A program made the position numbers and the translations under genes. From Candidatus Heimdallarchaeum aukensis (GTDB taxonomy: Archaea; Asgardarchaeota; Heimdallarchaeia; Heimdallarchaeales; Heimdallarchaeaceae), in contig CP084166.1 of NCBI GenBank assembly GCA_021513695.1, forward strand, positions 928,001 through 992,000: 64,000 bases of DNA, written 5' to 3'. Position 1 is the stretch's first letter, and each line of letters opens with the position of its first letter. Under the pieces are notes generated by a model. It was not told where the DNA came from and did not search any database. It worked only from the letters and a program-made list of their open reading frames with translations. Shown piece by piece: positions 1 through 10,341 of the stretch.

Positions 1-335
1 TTCCTTAATTTCAATTTTTTAATTATTTCTAATTATTTCGATAATCTCTGATTATCTCTTTTTTACCTTAAACGATTCTTCGGCGAACCGAAATAAACCC
101 CACTATTAAATTTTTTAAGTTGAAGAAAAACAAAGAAAGCTAGCAAAGAAGGTTAAATGAACTGTTCAAGAGAAAAAAAAATTATTTTGCTAAATTTTAA
201 CTTAAACTATTAAAGATATTAACTGTTTTCTGGCCAAGGATAGATAAAATTTCTTGCATCTCTTCTTCTATTGTATACTCAACTCACATTGGTAACAAAT
301 AAATAGAAGTGGGTTACGTGGGTAAGTGATATATT

Positions 336-1046
336 ATGAACAAACCCGAACGTAACCTGGAGAAACTAAGAAAGATTGTGGTTAAAAAAGCTTTGGAAGG
401 AGAGAAGATAAAAGAGATAGCTCACAAGTATATGGTGAGTAGGAAGTTTGTGTATAAGTGGTTGAAGAGGTTCAGAGAGAACCATGAAGGAGAATGGTGG
501 AAAGATAGATCTTCCAGACCAAAAACTATACACAAAAAAGTAGATGAGGAGTTAAAAGAGAGGATAAGGGAGTTAAGAATAAAACAAGGAATGAATGTGG
601 AGAAGATAGCTTATTTGTTGAAGAGAGAAGGAAAAGCACTCTCTCAGACGACAGTGACGAAAGTAATAAAAGAGTTAGGTCTTCCTTTATGGGTTAATAG
701 AAAAAAGAGGAAGAGACCTCGATACAAGAGTTTTGAACGTCAAAAACCTAACGAACTCTGGTAGATAGATGTGAAAGGACCATTCTGGGTAGAAGAACAG
801 GGACAACATCTCCACCTCATAACCTTGATAGACGACCAGTCACGATTCTGTCTGGGAGCTAAATTCCACCCTTTTGCACCAAGAAAAGAGCAGATAATAA
901 GTTTACTAGAGGAAGCAATAAAAGAGTACGGTTACCCCGAGTCTATCCTCACGGACAATGGAGCACTCTTCTCTTCCGTTAGAGGGAGGAACAAGTACCT
1001 TCTCCCGTTGGTGCCAAACAGAGGGAATAAAACACATCAGAGCTAG
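336..1046 (+). pseudogene. IS481-like (rve/DDE) transposase remnant. The N-terminal HTH part (336-764) ends in an in-frame TAG. The same frame continues (771-1046) through the DDE-core motifs (ITLIDDQSRF, ILTDNGALF) but stops before the catalytic Glu, so it is truncated.
   Basis: Frame arithmetic shows 336..764 and 771..1046 are in one frame, separated only by TAG at 762-764 (..PNELW*IDVKGPFW..). The HTH motif (MVSRKFVYKWLKRF) and the SRPKT motif are typical of IS481 OrfA. The C-terminal third of the catalytic domain is absent, and the next gene starts at 1095. Confidence 0.55.
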
Positions 1047-1094
1047 AGTTTTTCACCCCGAAACATGTGGAAAAGTAGAAAGATAAATCTATGA

Positions 1095-3113
1095 CTATAT
1101 CCTTATTATTTCTGCTCTTGTGTGTTGTGTTATTAGTTCTAAATATGATGGAGCAGGATCTATTCCTTTTTTGTTTCTTGTATCAAATATTGTCATTTTT
1201 ATTTTCTCTTTATTTATTGTTTGTGATAATTCTTCAATTTCCTTCTTTATACTCTTATTCTGTAATGAAGTGTTAGCTTTTCCATCAGTTATTAGTAACG
1301 CTTCTACAATACTCTTTCTGTTCTTATTGCGGAATTTTTTTGTGATACTTAATAGGGATTGAAATCCTGATGCTAATGGCGTTCTTCCTCCTGTAGGTAA
1401 AGTTTTCAATGCATCTATTACACGACAATAATCTCTTGTAGGAGGTACTGTAACATTAGCTTTCTTTCCTCTGAATGCTATCATACCAATATAGTCTCTT
1501 TTTACATATGCTTTTTCAACAAACTTTTCTGCTAAGCCTTTTGCTACACTAATTCTCCTTTGTAATCCCATGCTACCACTAGAATCTAAGATAATCAAGG
1601 TGAGTTTTGGTAATTGTTGTTTTCTTACTTTTACTCGTATCTCATCATCTGTAATTCTTAGTGGTAATTTCTTCATATTCCCTATAGCAGCATACAAGGT
1701 TCCAGATATGTCAATATCTCGTAATTGTTCCTTCTTATTTGGAGGTACATATGAAACAGGATGGCCTTGTAGTGAACCTACTGTTGTTATTCTAGCACTC
1801 CTTGAACCTCTCCACATATGATCGTCACTTAAGTTCTCATGTGCTCGCTGTATCTTTTTTTTTATCTCAATATCTGTTTTTGCACTCTCAAACGTTTCTT
1901 CATGTTCTCCCATTTTGTTATTATCTATATCGTTAGGCTTTTTTTTTACCTCTCTTTCAGCTTTTGTTTCCTCATTTCTTCCTTCCTGTTTTTCTTCTTC
2001 GTTTTTGTTGGATTCCATATCCTTTGTAATTTTTTCTATCATCTCTTGGGGAGCTATGTTATCAAATGGATTTGTTCTTAATCTATGGGGTAAAGCTAGT
2101 TCCATTGCTTTTTTTATGTCCTCTAATGTTACATCTCTACGTCCATCAAGTGCTGCAATTGCCTTTGCTGTTTTTACTGTAACAATTTCAGCTCTATGTG
2201 TCTTTATCCCTAATTTCATTATTGATTTTATTAAGGAGTTTAACAATTCATCATTAATGATTATTGTATCAATAATTTTCCTTGCATCAGTTACTGCTTT
2301 TCTAATTGTATTCTCTTCTCTTTCATATTCCAAGTAAAATTTATCTGGATTCTTGTGAAACTTTTCGACTCTTCTTATAACCTCAATTCTTTCTTCAAAC
2401 TTCTCCAAAGCCTCAATATTAACGTATAAACCAAATCTGTCCAACAATTGGGGGCGTAATTCCCCTTCTTCAGGGTTCATACTCCCTACTAATATAAATC
2501 TCGCAGGATGTTTTACTGAAATGCCCTCCCTTTCAATAATATTCCATCCCATAGCTGCAGCATCAAGCAATACATCAGCTACATAGTCATCTAAAAGATT
2601 CACTTCGTCAATGTACAAGATATTTCTATTTGCTTCTGCTAATATTCCCAGTTCTAAAGCTCTTACACCTTGGGTTAAAGCTTTTTTTATGTTCAGTGTT
2701 CCAACTAGTCTGTCTACTGTAACAGTTAATGGTAAATCTACTACTCTCATTCGTTTTGATGAGATTTTCAATTTCTGCCCTTCTATTGTCATACCATAAC
2801 AGGAATCGCACATTTCTAAATGATGGTACGGATTACAGTTGAAAGGACATTGTGCTACAACCTCAACCTCTGGTAGGACATATGATAATGCCCGAACAAT
2901 TGTTGACTTACCTGTGCCTTTTTCGCCAGTTAGGAGCACTCCTCCTATCGTTGGATCAACTGCGCAACATAGTAGTGCAAGTTTAGCTTTTTCCTGTTCC
3001 ACTATAGCAGTGAAGGGAAATACGATCTTTCTTTCATTTTTGTTCCTTTCTGTTAGATGTCCCATTTTGTATTCACTCATCTCTTTAGTTTTCATTCTCT
3101 TTGTTTTGAACAA
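1095..3113 (-). CDS. Chelatase ATPase/vWA subunit (ChlI/ChlD- or BchD-like fusion): AAA+ domain plus a C-terminal von Willebrand A domain. Probable partner of CobN.
   Basis: Walker A LLTGEKGTGKST. A Cys-rich insert CPFNCNPYHHLEMCDSCYG. A C-terminal vWA MIDAS motif LIILDSSGSMG. It overlaps the CobN stop by 29 nt, so the real start is probably an internal Met (MSEYKMGHL..). Confidence 0.8.
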   Translation of the reverse strand: MFKTKRMKTKEMSEYKMGHLTERNKNERKIVFPFTAIVEQEKAKLALLCCAVDPTIGGVLLTGEKGTGKSTIVRALSYVLPEVEVVAQCPFNCNPYHHLEMCDSCYGMTIEGQKLKISSKRMRVVDLPLTVTVDRLVGTLNIKKALTQGVRALELGILAEANRNILYIDEVNLLDDYVADVLLDAAAMGWNIIEREGISVKHPARFILVGSMNPEEGELRPQLLDRFGLYVNIEALEKFEERIEVIRRVEKFHKNPDKFYLEYEREENTIRKAVTDARKIIDTIIINDELLNSLIKSIMKLGIKTHRAEIVTVKTAKAIAALDGRRDVTLEDIKKAMELALPHRLRTNPFDNIAPQEMIEKITKDMESNKNEEEKQEGRNEETKAEREVKKKPNDIDNNKMGEHEETFESAKTDIEIKKKIQRAHENLSDDHMWRGSRSARITTVGSLQGHPVSYVPPNKKEQLRDIDISGTLYAAIGNMKKLPLRITDDEIRVKVRKQQLPKLTLIILDSSGSMGLQRRISVAKGLAEKFVEKAYVKRDYIGMIAFRGKKANVTVPPTRDYCRVIDALKTLPTGGRTPLASGFQSLLSITKKFRNKNRKSIVEALLITDGKANTSLQNKSIKKEIEELSQTINKEKIKMTIFDTRNKKGIDPAPSYLELITQHTRAEIIRI

Positions 3114-6100
3114 ATTTGTTCCATGTTTGTGTTATATTAGTTAATTTATTCTTCCAGTTTTCTACCTCTTCTGGACTATACATCCTTATTTCTCCCCCTT
3201 GAATCTCTGCTTCTCCACCTAAACTATCCTCTAGTACACCTTCAATATCGGCATATGCTTCTTCTAAATTGTCTTTCATCTCTTCTGTGGGTTGCCACAA
3301 CTTCCTTTCTATTGCTTCAGTAAGTCTTCTAGAAATCTCTTCTGCTGCCCATATATTGTTTTCAGCAAACCATTTTCTCATTTCTTCATCAATTATGTAT
3401 GTTTCTGCAATGTTATCGAATACCCAATCGTTAACTAATTTCGTTGTTGATGACCAGCCGTACAAATGCAAGATTTTCTTTGAGAATTCATTTGCTCCTC
3501 GATAACCATGCTTCTTCATTTCAGATATCCATGTTGGATTTAGCAGTTTTGCTCTTACAATTCTCTCTATCTCTTCTTTTATTCCTCGTATTTCTGCTCT
3601 TGTTATGTCTTTAGTATCTACAACAACTATTTCTACATCGTCTTTACCAGTCAGACTTTTTACTGTATTATAAAAACCTCCATGGGTGGAAAAATAACAG
3701 CAACAATTGAGAATATCATGTTCATCAGTAATATGATTTCTTGTAATAACTTCGACATTTTTCAAGTTCATTATTAAGCCTTCAGGGTTTGGTTCACCAA
3801 ATAGCTTTTTAGTATACATGTAACAGCCCCATTGTACCCACGTTTTAGCTAGATCTTCGTCATCTTTCCAAGCTGACGATTCAATAGCATAATTTACTCC
3901 AGATCCATAAGTACCTGAAGGGCTACACCAAACCCTACATTTTGCAATTTCGTGATTTTTTTCCCCACGTAACTCAGTCAAATATTCAAGATAATGCTTT
4001 TTGACATAATTAACATCTGTTGACTCTTCAAGCATAACAACCTTTGATACTGCTTCATCGATCAACTGAAAATAAATTGGTAGAGTATCTCTTACTATTC
4101 CACTGATTCGAACAGAAACATCGATTCGTGGCCTTCCAAGTTCTTCTAACGGAATAACTTCAACTCCTTTAACTGTTCCATCGGTTCGCCAAATAGGCTT
4201 AGTTCCTAATAAATAAAGAATCTGTGAGATCTGTTCTCCGTCTCCTTTATAACCATCAAGACTCCATAACCATTGACCAATAGTTTCTGGATATTTGCCA
4301 TGATGCTTATCGTAATGTTCAAGTAATTTTTCTGCTGTCTCTATTCCTATCTTCCATGCTGCGCGTGTTGGAATACTTGTAGGATCAATAGCATAAAAAT
4401 TCCTTCCAGTGGGTAGTATCTCTATCTTCCCTCTTGTTATTGACCCTGAGGGGCCAGGTTCTATAAACTGTCCACTTATCCCATATAAGAATCCATCTGT
4501 TTCAACTTTACATTCTTGAATTCTTTTTGCTATTTCTAATGCTCTTTGAAATGCTTCAAGAGCTTCTGCCTTTGAAGTGAATTTTAATTTTAATTCATTC
4601 ACTTTGGAACTCATATTTTCTATTAACTTCTTATGGAGGATTTCTGTGAAAGCTTCCATCGTGAGTTTTTCGTTATTAGTTTCATTTTCAAGAAGAGTCT
4701 TCAAAACCTCTATTGCAACTTTATGTAATATTTTAAGAGTATCTTTATTTAGAAGACCATATTCATTAATAACTAGTTTGTTGTTTCTTAAATGATTATA
4801 ATCAAGCCCAATACACTCTGCAAGACACCTTCTTATTGAATGAAATGAATGGGTATCATAACTCATTGTAGTGACTACATATTCTGCTAACTTTACTGAG
4901 TTTTTAGTGGGGTAGCCAAAAATATGCAATCCCATTTCGATTTGTGTTTCCATTGTCGCGTTTAGATAATTATGGATCTCCTCTACAACATGTTTAGGAT
5001 CTTCTTTTGTGATTGGAATATTGCTTTCTTTTGCTTTTTTTATGAGCTCTTCATATATTACTCTCACCCTAGCATTGTCACCCAGTTGTTCTGCTTTAGA
5101 ATATTCAGTTAATAATGAATCGATTTCGTCAAGCACTTCTGCCATTGCTAAAGGAGGGTACATGTGATCCACTATAGTGGCATAGCTTCTTCTCTTAGCT
5201 ATTACTCCTTCCATCGGATTCGAAACATTATAGACATATAGATGAGGAATATCATCAATAGATATTTCTGGCCAACATGAAGGTGATAAACCTACTCCTT
5301 TACCTGGTCTAAATTCAAGGTATCCATGTGTTCCAAAATGAACAATCATGTTTGCCTTCCAAATTCTTGAAATCCATCTATATACTGCAAACCATTGATG
5401 TGGAGGTGAAATCGATGGGTCATGAAGAATTTTGCATACATTGCCATCACAAGCTGCACCCGCACAGCCAGGCTTTGGTTGCGTGATAACTAGAACATTT
5501 CCAAAACTTATACCTGGTATGACAAACTTATTGTTATAAACCATACCAATTAACGGTTTAGGAGCTTTTCCCAAAAGAATATCCTCAGGATAGCCCCAAT
5601 CTTCTTGAATTTTCTCTTTAGTATCTATAGGTAGCTCGTTAAACCAGTTCATATATGTTTTAAGATCAGAATAACCAACTGCTCCACCTTTTTTCACTAT
5701 TTCGTCAACAGATGTCCAACGAAACTCACTTATTGCTTTTCGTTCAGTGAACATCTCAACTAGCTCTTTTCCATCCTTTGGAAGCGTTTCACCAATATTG
5801 TAACCTCTCTTCTTTAAGTCTTTAAGAAGTCGAACAACACTTTCGGGAACATCAAGGCCAAATCCAACACCAATACTTCCTTCAAGACTCTTACATGGCG
5901 GAGTTATTAGGACAATTGCTATTTTTCGCTTCTCTGGAGGAAGATATCGTAAAGTGATCCATTTCTTTACACGTTTAGCGATATATTGGGCATGGTGTTC
6001 AAAACATTCGTACCTCTTTATTCCTTGGGGATCAATCTTTGCACCACCTAAATATATAGGCTCAATAATCCCATCTACTTCAGGCATGATTACTGTATAG

Positions 6101-6987
6101 ATTTGACTCATGTAACTGATGCCTGTTTCATCAGAGAGCCAATCGTTGATACCTTTAGAGAAGTCTCGTACTCCTTGAAGTATTGGTATATTCATCTTTT
6201 TAAGTAATTCAAGCCCTCTCACACTTTTGAATCCTTCAGATTTTAATCGTATTATTTTTCTACTAAGTAAAAAGAAACTAGTTAAATTGATTAGAACATC
6301 GATAGTTGGCTTTTCATCTTTTATGAAAAAAGTTTGAATTGTACTTTCACTATCTGGAGCATCTACTCTTGTATCGCCAAAGGAATATGTGAATACAGGT
6401 ATAACGCCTATTCCTTCTTCTTCTAACGCATCTATAATCGGTTTCACATAATCAGTGTTGCCATATAGCCAAATCGATCTGTAAAACATTATCCCTACAA
6501 ATTTCTTTTCATTATGTGGATAGATCTTTAAATAATCATTTAGTTCGTTGAAAGTGCCATATTTAGGATGCCATATTCCATGCCATGGAACTTTTTTTAA
6601 TCCATCAACTTCAATATTTTCCCCCAAAGCTTGCAAAAGCAAGCGAATAAGTTGTGTAAGATTCTGCTCTCCTCCGAACTTATAAAATGCAATAGCCTTA
6701 CTGATTACCTCATTTGTAGCTTTAGAGAGATGAACTGTTGAGTCGGATCCAGAAATTATAATCTTTGCACTGCTTTGACTAATTGCTTTCTCAACATCTG
6801 TAGAAAGGCCAGCAGAATAGATAAAAATGGCATCTGCATTCTTAATGAATTCTTCGTGTTTTGTGGCTTGAGAATCTGTTGTAATAATATACCTGAATCC
6901 ATTTTTTTCTGATTCCTTTGACAAGGCTTTTGATAGTGATGGTATTGCTGTTCCACTATAACCTATGATAAATGCTAAATTAATCAT
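3085..6987 (-). CDS. cobN: Cobaltochelatase large subunit CobN (CobN/Mg-chelatase H family), 1300 aa.
   Basis: The length and conserved blocks (HFGTHGYLEFRPGKG, PTGRNFYAIDP) are typical of CobN/ChlH. It is adjacent to the ChlI/D-like gene. Confidence 0.85.
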   Translation of the reverse strand: MINLAFIIGYSGTAIPSLSKALSKESEKNGFRYIITTDSQATKHEEFIKNADAIFIYSAGLSTDVEKAISQSSAKIIISGSDSTVHLSKATNEVISKAIAFYKFGGEQNLTQLIRLLLQALGENIEVDGLKKVPWHGIWHPKYGTFNELNDYLKIYPHNEKKFVGIMFYRSIWLYGNTDYVKPIIDALEEEGIGVIPVFTYSFGDTRVDAPDSESTIQTFFIKDEKPTIDVLINLTSFFLLSRKIIRLKSEGFKSVRGLELLKKMNIPILQGVRDFSKGINDWLSDETGISYMSQIYTVIMPEVDGIIEPIYLGGAKIDPQGIKRYECFEHHAQYIAKRVKKWITLRYLPPEKRKIAIVLITPPCKSLEGSIGVGFGLDVPESVVRLLKDLKKRGYNIGETLPKDGKELVEMFTERKAISEFRWTSVDEIVKKGGAVGYSDLKTYMNWFNELPIDTKEKIQEDWGYPEDILLGKAPKPLIGMVYNNKFVIPGISFGNVLVITQPKPGCAGAACDGNVCKILHDPSISPPHQWFAVYRWISRIWKANMIVHFGTHGYLEFRPGKGVGLSPSCWPEISIDDIPHLYVYNVSNPMEGVIAKRRSYATIVDHMYPPLAMAEVLDEIDSLLTEYSKAEQLGDNARVRVIYEELIKKAKESNIPITKEDPKHVVEEIHNYLNATMETQIEMGLHIFGYPTKNSVKLAEYVVTTMSYDTHSFHSIRRCLAECIGLDYNHLRNNKLVINEYGLLNKDTLKILHKVAIEVLKTLLENETNNEKLTMEAFTEILHKKLIENMSSKVNELKLKFTSKAEALEAFQRALEIAKRIQECKVETDGFLYGISGQFIEPGPSGSITRGKIEILPTGRNFYAIDPTSIPTRAAWKIGIETAEKLLEHYDKHHGKYPETIGQWLWSLDGYKGDGEQISQILYLLGTKPIWRTDGTVKGVEVIPLEELGRPRIDVSVRISGIVRDTLPIYFQLIDEAVSKVVMLEESTDVNYVKKHYLEYLTELRGEKNHEIAKCRVWCSPSGTYGSGVNYAIESSAWKDDEDLAKTWVQWGCYMYTKKLFGEPNPEGLIMNLKNVEVITRNHITDEHDILNCCCYFSTHGGFYNTVKSLTGKDDVEIVVVDTKDITRAEIRGIKEEIERIVRAKLLNPTWISEMKKHGYRGANEFSKKILHLYGWSSTTKLVNDWVFDNIAETYIIDEEMRKWFAENNIWAAEEISRRLTEAIERKLWQPTEEMKDNLEEAYADIEGVLEDSLGGEAEIQGGEIRMYSPEEVENWKNKLTNITQTWNKFVQNKENEN

Positions 6988-6989
6988 GA

Positions 6990-7781
6990 TTAATCGGTCA
7001 CCTCGACTGGATAAACACTGATTGGATAGACAATTTTACAATGATTGTTGTTGATTATTCTCGCGTTTATTCCATATGCTTTTGCGATATTTGCTTCATT
7101 AATGACTACTTCTGGTTTTCCTGCCCCTATTATTTGACCTTTAGCAAGTATAACAATAAAATTTGAAAATCTCAATGCTAAATTAGGATCATGTTGGCTC
7201 ATTATTGCGCATATTTTTCTTTCTTTTACAATCTTGTTAATTATAGTCATAACTTTTAGTTGGTTTTTCAGATCTAAATGTGCAGTTGGTTCATCAAGAA
7301 TCAACACTTCTGGCTCTTGAGTTAAAGCTCTTGCAATTAATAATAATTGGCGTTCTCCTCCGCTAATTTGAGTATATGACCTGTCTCTCATATGGTAAAG
7401 ATTAACAAGTTTCAGCATTTCTTCAGCTTTAGAATAATCCTCTTCTGATGGCAGAGAAAACATTGAAGTGTAGGGAGTTCGCCCTAAAAGAACAAAATCT
7501 AGAGCAGAAAGAGCAAATAAAGGATTGTGATTTTGAGGAACATACCCGATTATTTTTGCCCTTTCCCTTTGTCCTATCTCGAAAATACTTTTCTTGTCTA
7601 TAAAAATACAGCCTTTTTTTGGCTTTAGAAGAGTACAGATGCATTTTAAAAGTGTAGTCTTGCCAGAACCATTTGGACCCAGTAGACTAACGACTCCACC
7701 TTTTTCAACTTGTATTTTTATCTCTCTTAATTCAAATTCAATATCATACGAAAATGAAAGATTATCAATTACTAATGCCAT
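6990..7781 (-). CDS. ABC transporter ATP-binding protein, iron-siderophore/cobalamin type (FepC/BtuD-like).
   Basis: Walker A LLGPNGSGKTTLLK, signature LSGGERQ, Walker B ILDEPT. It is in an operon with the FecCD permease and the substrate-binding protein. Confidence 0.85.
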   Translation of the reverse strand: MALVIDNLSFSYDIEFELREIKIQVEKGGVVSLLGPNGSGKTTLLKCICTLLKPKKGCIFIDKKSIFEIGQRERAKIIGYVPQNHNPLFALSALDFVLLGRTPYTSMFSLPSEEDYSKAEEMLKLVNLYHMRDRSYTQISGGERQLLLIARALTQEPEVLILDEPTAHLDLKNQLKVMTIINKIVKERKICAIMSQHDPNLALRFSNFIVILAKGQIIGAGKPEVVINEANIAKAYGINARIINNNHCKIVYPISVYPVEVTD

Positions 7782-8800
7782 ACGCCTTTACTCCTTTTTC
7801 TTAACAGGTAAAGAAAGAATGGTGCTCCACACAAAGTTGTGAGTATACCAACTGGAATTTCATAAGGTAGTAATGACCTTGCTATATTGTCAGCGAGTAA
7901 AAGAATAGATGCACCAGTTGCTGCAGATAGTGGAATTATTTTTCTATTATCAGCAGTTTTGAAGAGCATTCTTATTGTGTGCGGAATTATCAGTCCTATC
8001 CATCCTATAATGCCACATACTGAGATCAAAGAAGCAGAAACCAATGTTGCTGCTCCTAGAACTAGTAATCTCTCTTTCTCAACATTTATACCTAACGTTT
8101 TTGCTTCCTCATCCTTCATAGACAATGCATTAAGCCTCCATCTCATACCAAATAGAATTAAGGAACCTATTAAGATTGGAGGAAAAATTTGTAACACTTC
8201 TTTCCATGATATGGTTGAAAACCTTCCCAATAACCAATATACAATATCTGCAACATGGTTGGGTTCTACAATAAATTTAATAATAGATAAGCATGCTGAA
8301 AAAAGAGAAGAGACTATTATTCCTGCCAAAATAAGTGAAATTACTTGCACATCTCCCTGAGTTTTTGCTACCAAATATGTCGTACCAAATGCTATTATAC
8401 CAAATATGAAAGCAAATATTTGGACAAGAAATGAATCTAATAATAATAAAGAAATTGCAAGGGCTGCGCCAAACGCAGAACCAGCTGAAACACCTAGAAT
8501 ATACGTGTCTACAAGCGGGTTCCTAAAGACTGCTTGTAATGATGCACCAGAAACTGAAAGTGCAATTCCACCTAATACTGCTGCAATAATTCTAGGTAAT
8601 CTGATTTCGAAGATAATTACTTCATATGCTCTAGGCCATGATTTTTCTGGTGTGAGTGAAAAAATCTTAGAAATTATTATTCTTAGCACTGTTCCAGCTG
8701 GAATGTATAATCGACCAATAAAAATTGAGAAAAAAACTATAAGTAGTGGGGAAAAATAAAGAAAATAAAGAATTGCTTTTTTAGGTACTGATAGTTTCAT
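7772..8800 (-). CDS. FecCD/BtuC-family ABC permease.
   Basis: A polytopic membrane protein with the conserved FecCD motifs (RLPRIIAAVLGGIALSVSGASLQAVFRNPL). It overlaps the ATPase gene. Confidence 0.85.
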   Translation of the reverse strand: MKLSVPKKAILYFLYFSPLLIVFFSIFIGRLYIPAGTVLRIIISKIFSLTPEKSWPRAYEVIIFEIRLPRIIAAVLGGIALSVSGASLQAVFRNPLVDTYILGVSAGSAFGAALAISLLLLDSFLVQIFAFIFGIIAFGTTYLVAKTQGDVQVISLILAGIIVSSLFSACLSIIKFIVEPNHVADIVYWLLGRFSTISWKEVLQIFPPILIGSLILFGMRWRLNALSMKDEEAKTLGINVEKERLLVLGAATLVSASLISVCGIIGWIGLIIPHTIRMLFKTADNRKIIPLSAATGASILLLADNIARSLLPYEIPVGILTTLCGAPFFLYLLRKRSKGVWH

Positions 8801-8832
8801 AGTAACTCACATGTAAATTTTGGTAACTAACT

Positions 8833-9894
8833 TTATTGCCATTCAAAGGGATCATTGATACCATAAATATTCATGAAGAGATTATTTGAAACAGTTTCAA
8901 AATTTATATCAGTAAATAAGTCTGGATAAGCCCACATCCCCATGCGTAGCACAATAAGTGGTGAAGCAGGAGACCATGTACTAAGTTTAGGGTATTGGAA
9001 GACCTTTTGATTTTGAACCGCACTGATACTTTGCCATTGTGTGTCATTCAATATGTCTTCAGGAGTATATTTTGCTGATCCCCAAATTACAATAACATCA
9101 GGATTCCATGCGATGATTTCTTCAATTGAAACCTCAGCATATTTTTCTTTAATATCGACAGCAGGATTGATACAACCGCATATGTGTATGTAAGTGTTTG
9201 TTACACCAAGCCCGCCTGTTACTTTTGTTTTGCTGCTCCATAAGTGAATCATTTTTAGTTTTGAATCTATTGTAAGATCATTTGTCTTTGAGGAAGGTAT
9301 ATCCATTGTTTTTTTCATATAAGTGATGATTTCACTAGCCCTGTCACTCACATTGAATATTTCACCTAAAAGCTCTATGCATTGATATAAATCATCTAAG
9401 TTGTCTAAACTAATCAGCACTACGGATATGTTTAATGCTTCTATTTGAGGAAGTATGTCTTGCATATGAGAACTTGCATAAGCTATAACAACTTCAGGAT
9501 CTTCCAGAACTAATTCCTCGATGTTCACACTAAATGAGGAACCTGGTGAGGGAACATCTGTAAGGTTGAAATTATATTGTTCATCGGCAGCTACTAAGAT
9601 TGGATTACTATAAGCGTATTTTGAGATACCAACGACTTTATCCCATTGTCCTAAGGCATATACGATATCGTAACTCTCTAAAACTACTACTCTGTTGACT
9701 TCATAGGGAATTGTTACATTGCGCCCTTCAAAATCAGTAATAACCTTATAATCTGGGAGACCAAGATTATGTGATGATAAGTAGTATAGACCAACTATAC
9801 CGCCAGTTACTATACTAGCTATAATTATTCCAATTATTATAGCTCTTGAATTTATTTTTCTCAACAAGGTCATTTTTGCTCCTATGTGCCCCAA
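8833..9894 (-). CDS. Periplasmic (BtuF/FecB-like, cluster 8) substrate-binding protein with an N-terminal membrane anchor.
   Basis: An N-terminal TM helix followed by a PBP fold. It is the first gene of the ABC operon. Confidence 0.75.
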   Translation of the reverse strand: MGHIGAKMTLLRKINSRAIIIGIIIASIVTGGIVGLYYLSSHNLGLPDYKVITDFEGRNVTIPYEVNRVVVLESYDIVYALGQWDKVVGISKYAYSNPILVAADEQYNFNLTDVPSPGSSFSVNIEELVLEDPEVVIAYASSHMQDILPQIEALNISVVLISLDNLDDLYQCIELLGEIFNVSDRASEIITYMKKTMDIPSSKTNDLTIDSKLKMIHLWSSKTKVTGGLGVTNTYIHICGCINPAVDIKEKYAEVSIEEIIAWNPDVIVIWGSAKYTPEDILNDTQWQSISAVQNQKVFQYPKLSTWSPASPLIVLRMGMWAYPDLFTDINFETVSNNLFMNIYGINDPFEWQ

Positions 9895-10057
9895 ATTGGA
9901 TAAGTTATAAAAGTGTTACGATTTTAATATTCGTAACACATTGTTTGTATCCGAAAAAGATTAGAATAAGAACTTTTTAGGAACAAAGCCCCTGTCTCTC
10001 AAAAATTATTTGCCAATAGATCTATAAATAGAAAAGAAAAAAAGCAAGAAGAAGAAA

Positions 10058-10324
10058 TTATCTTCTAACTATAAACTTCTTGGAGATAAAAAAACCTAAA
10101 CAAAGTAAAACTACAACACAAAAAATGGCTCTAGTAGATAAACCAAATTTACCAGGGTAAGAATCAGCATTAAGAGGGTCTAAACCATTTTGTATCTCTT
10201 AATAATCTGAATAACCATCTCCATCAGTATCAAGATTGTTAGGGTCTGTGTTATAATTGTATTCCTCTAAATTGGTTAAACCGTCATTATCACTATCTTC
10301 ATCTGCATCATGGTTTTTGTTAGC
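10058..10324 (-). pseudogene. C-terminal remnant of a cell-surface protein. It has calcium-binding D-x-D-x-D (thrombospondin type 3-like) repeats and a PGF-CTERM-like anchor (YPGKFG + TM + KKFIVRR). It is interrupted by an in-frame TAA and truncated by the distal end of CRISPR array 1.
   Basis: My own reverse-strand translation gives ..DADEDSDNDGLTNLEEYNYNTDPNNLDTDGDGYSDY*EIQNGLDPLNADSYPGKFGLSTRAIFCVVVLLCLGFFISKKFIVRR*. There is no N-terminal part: the array begins 18 nt upstream. Confidence 0.4.
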
Positions 10325-10341
10325 TCTGTTTTAGCATACTC

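Noticed and set aside
1-335. Search for terminal inverted repeats of the IS481-like element around 250-335 and 1047-1094
   Set aside because: No convincing inverted repeat pair was found by eye. The element is truncated at its 3' end, so the right end is probably deleted.
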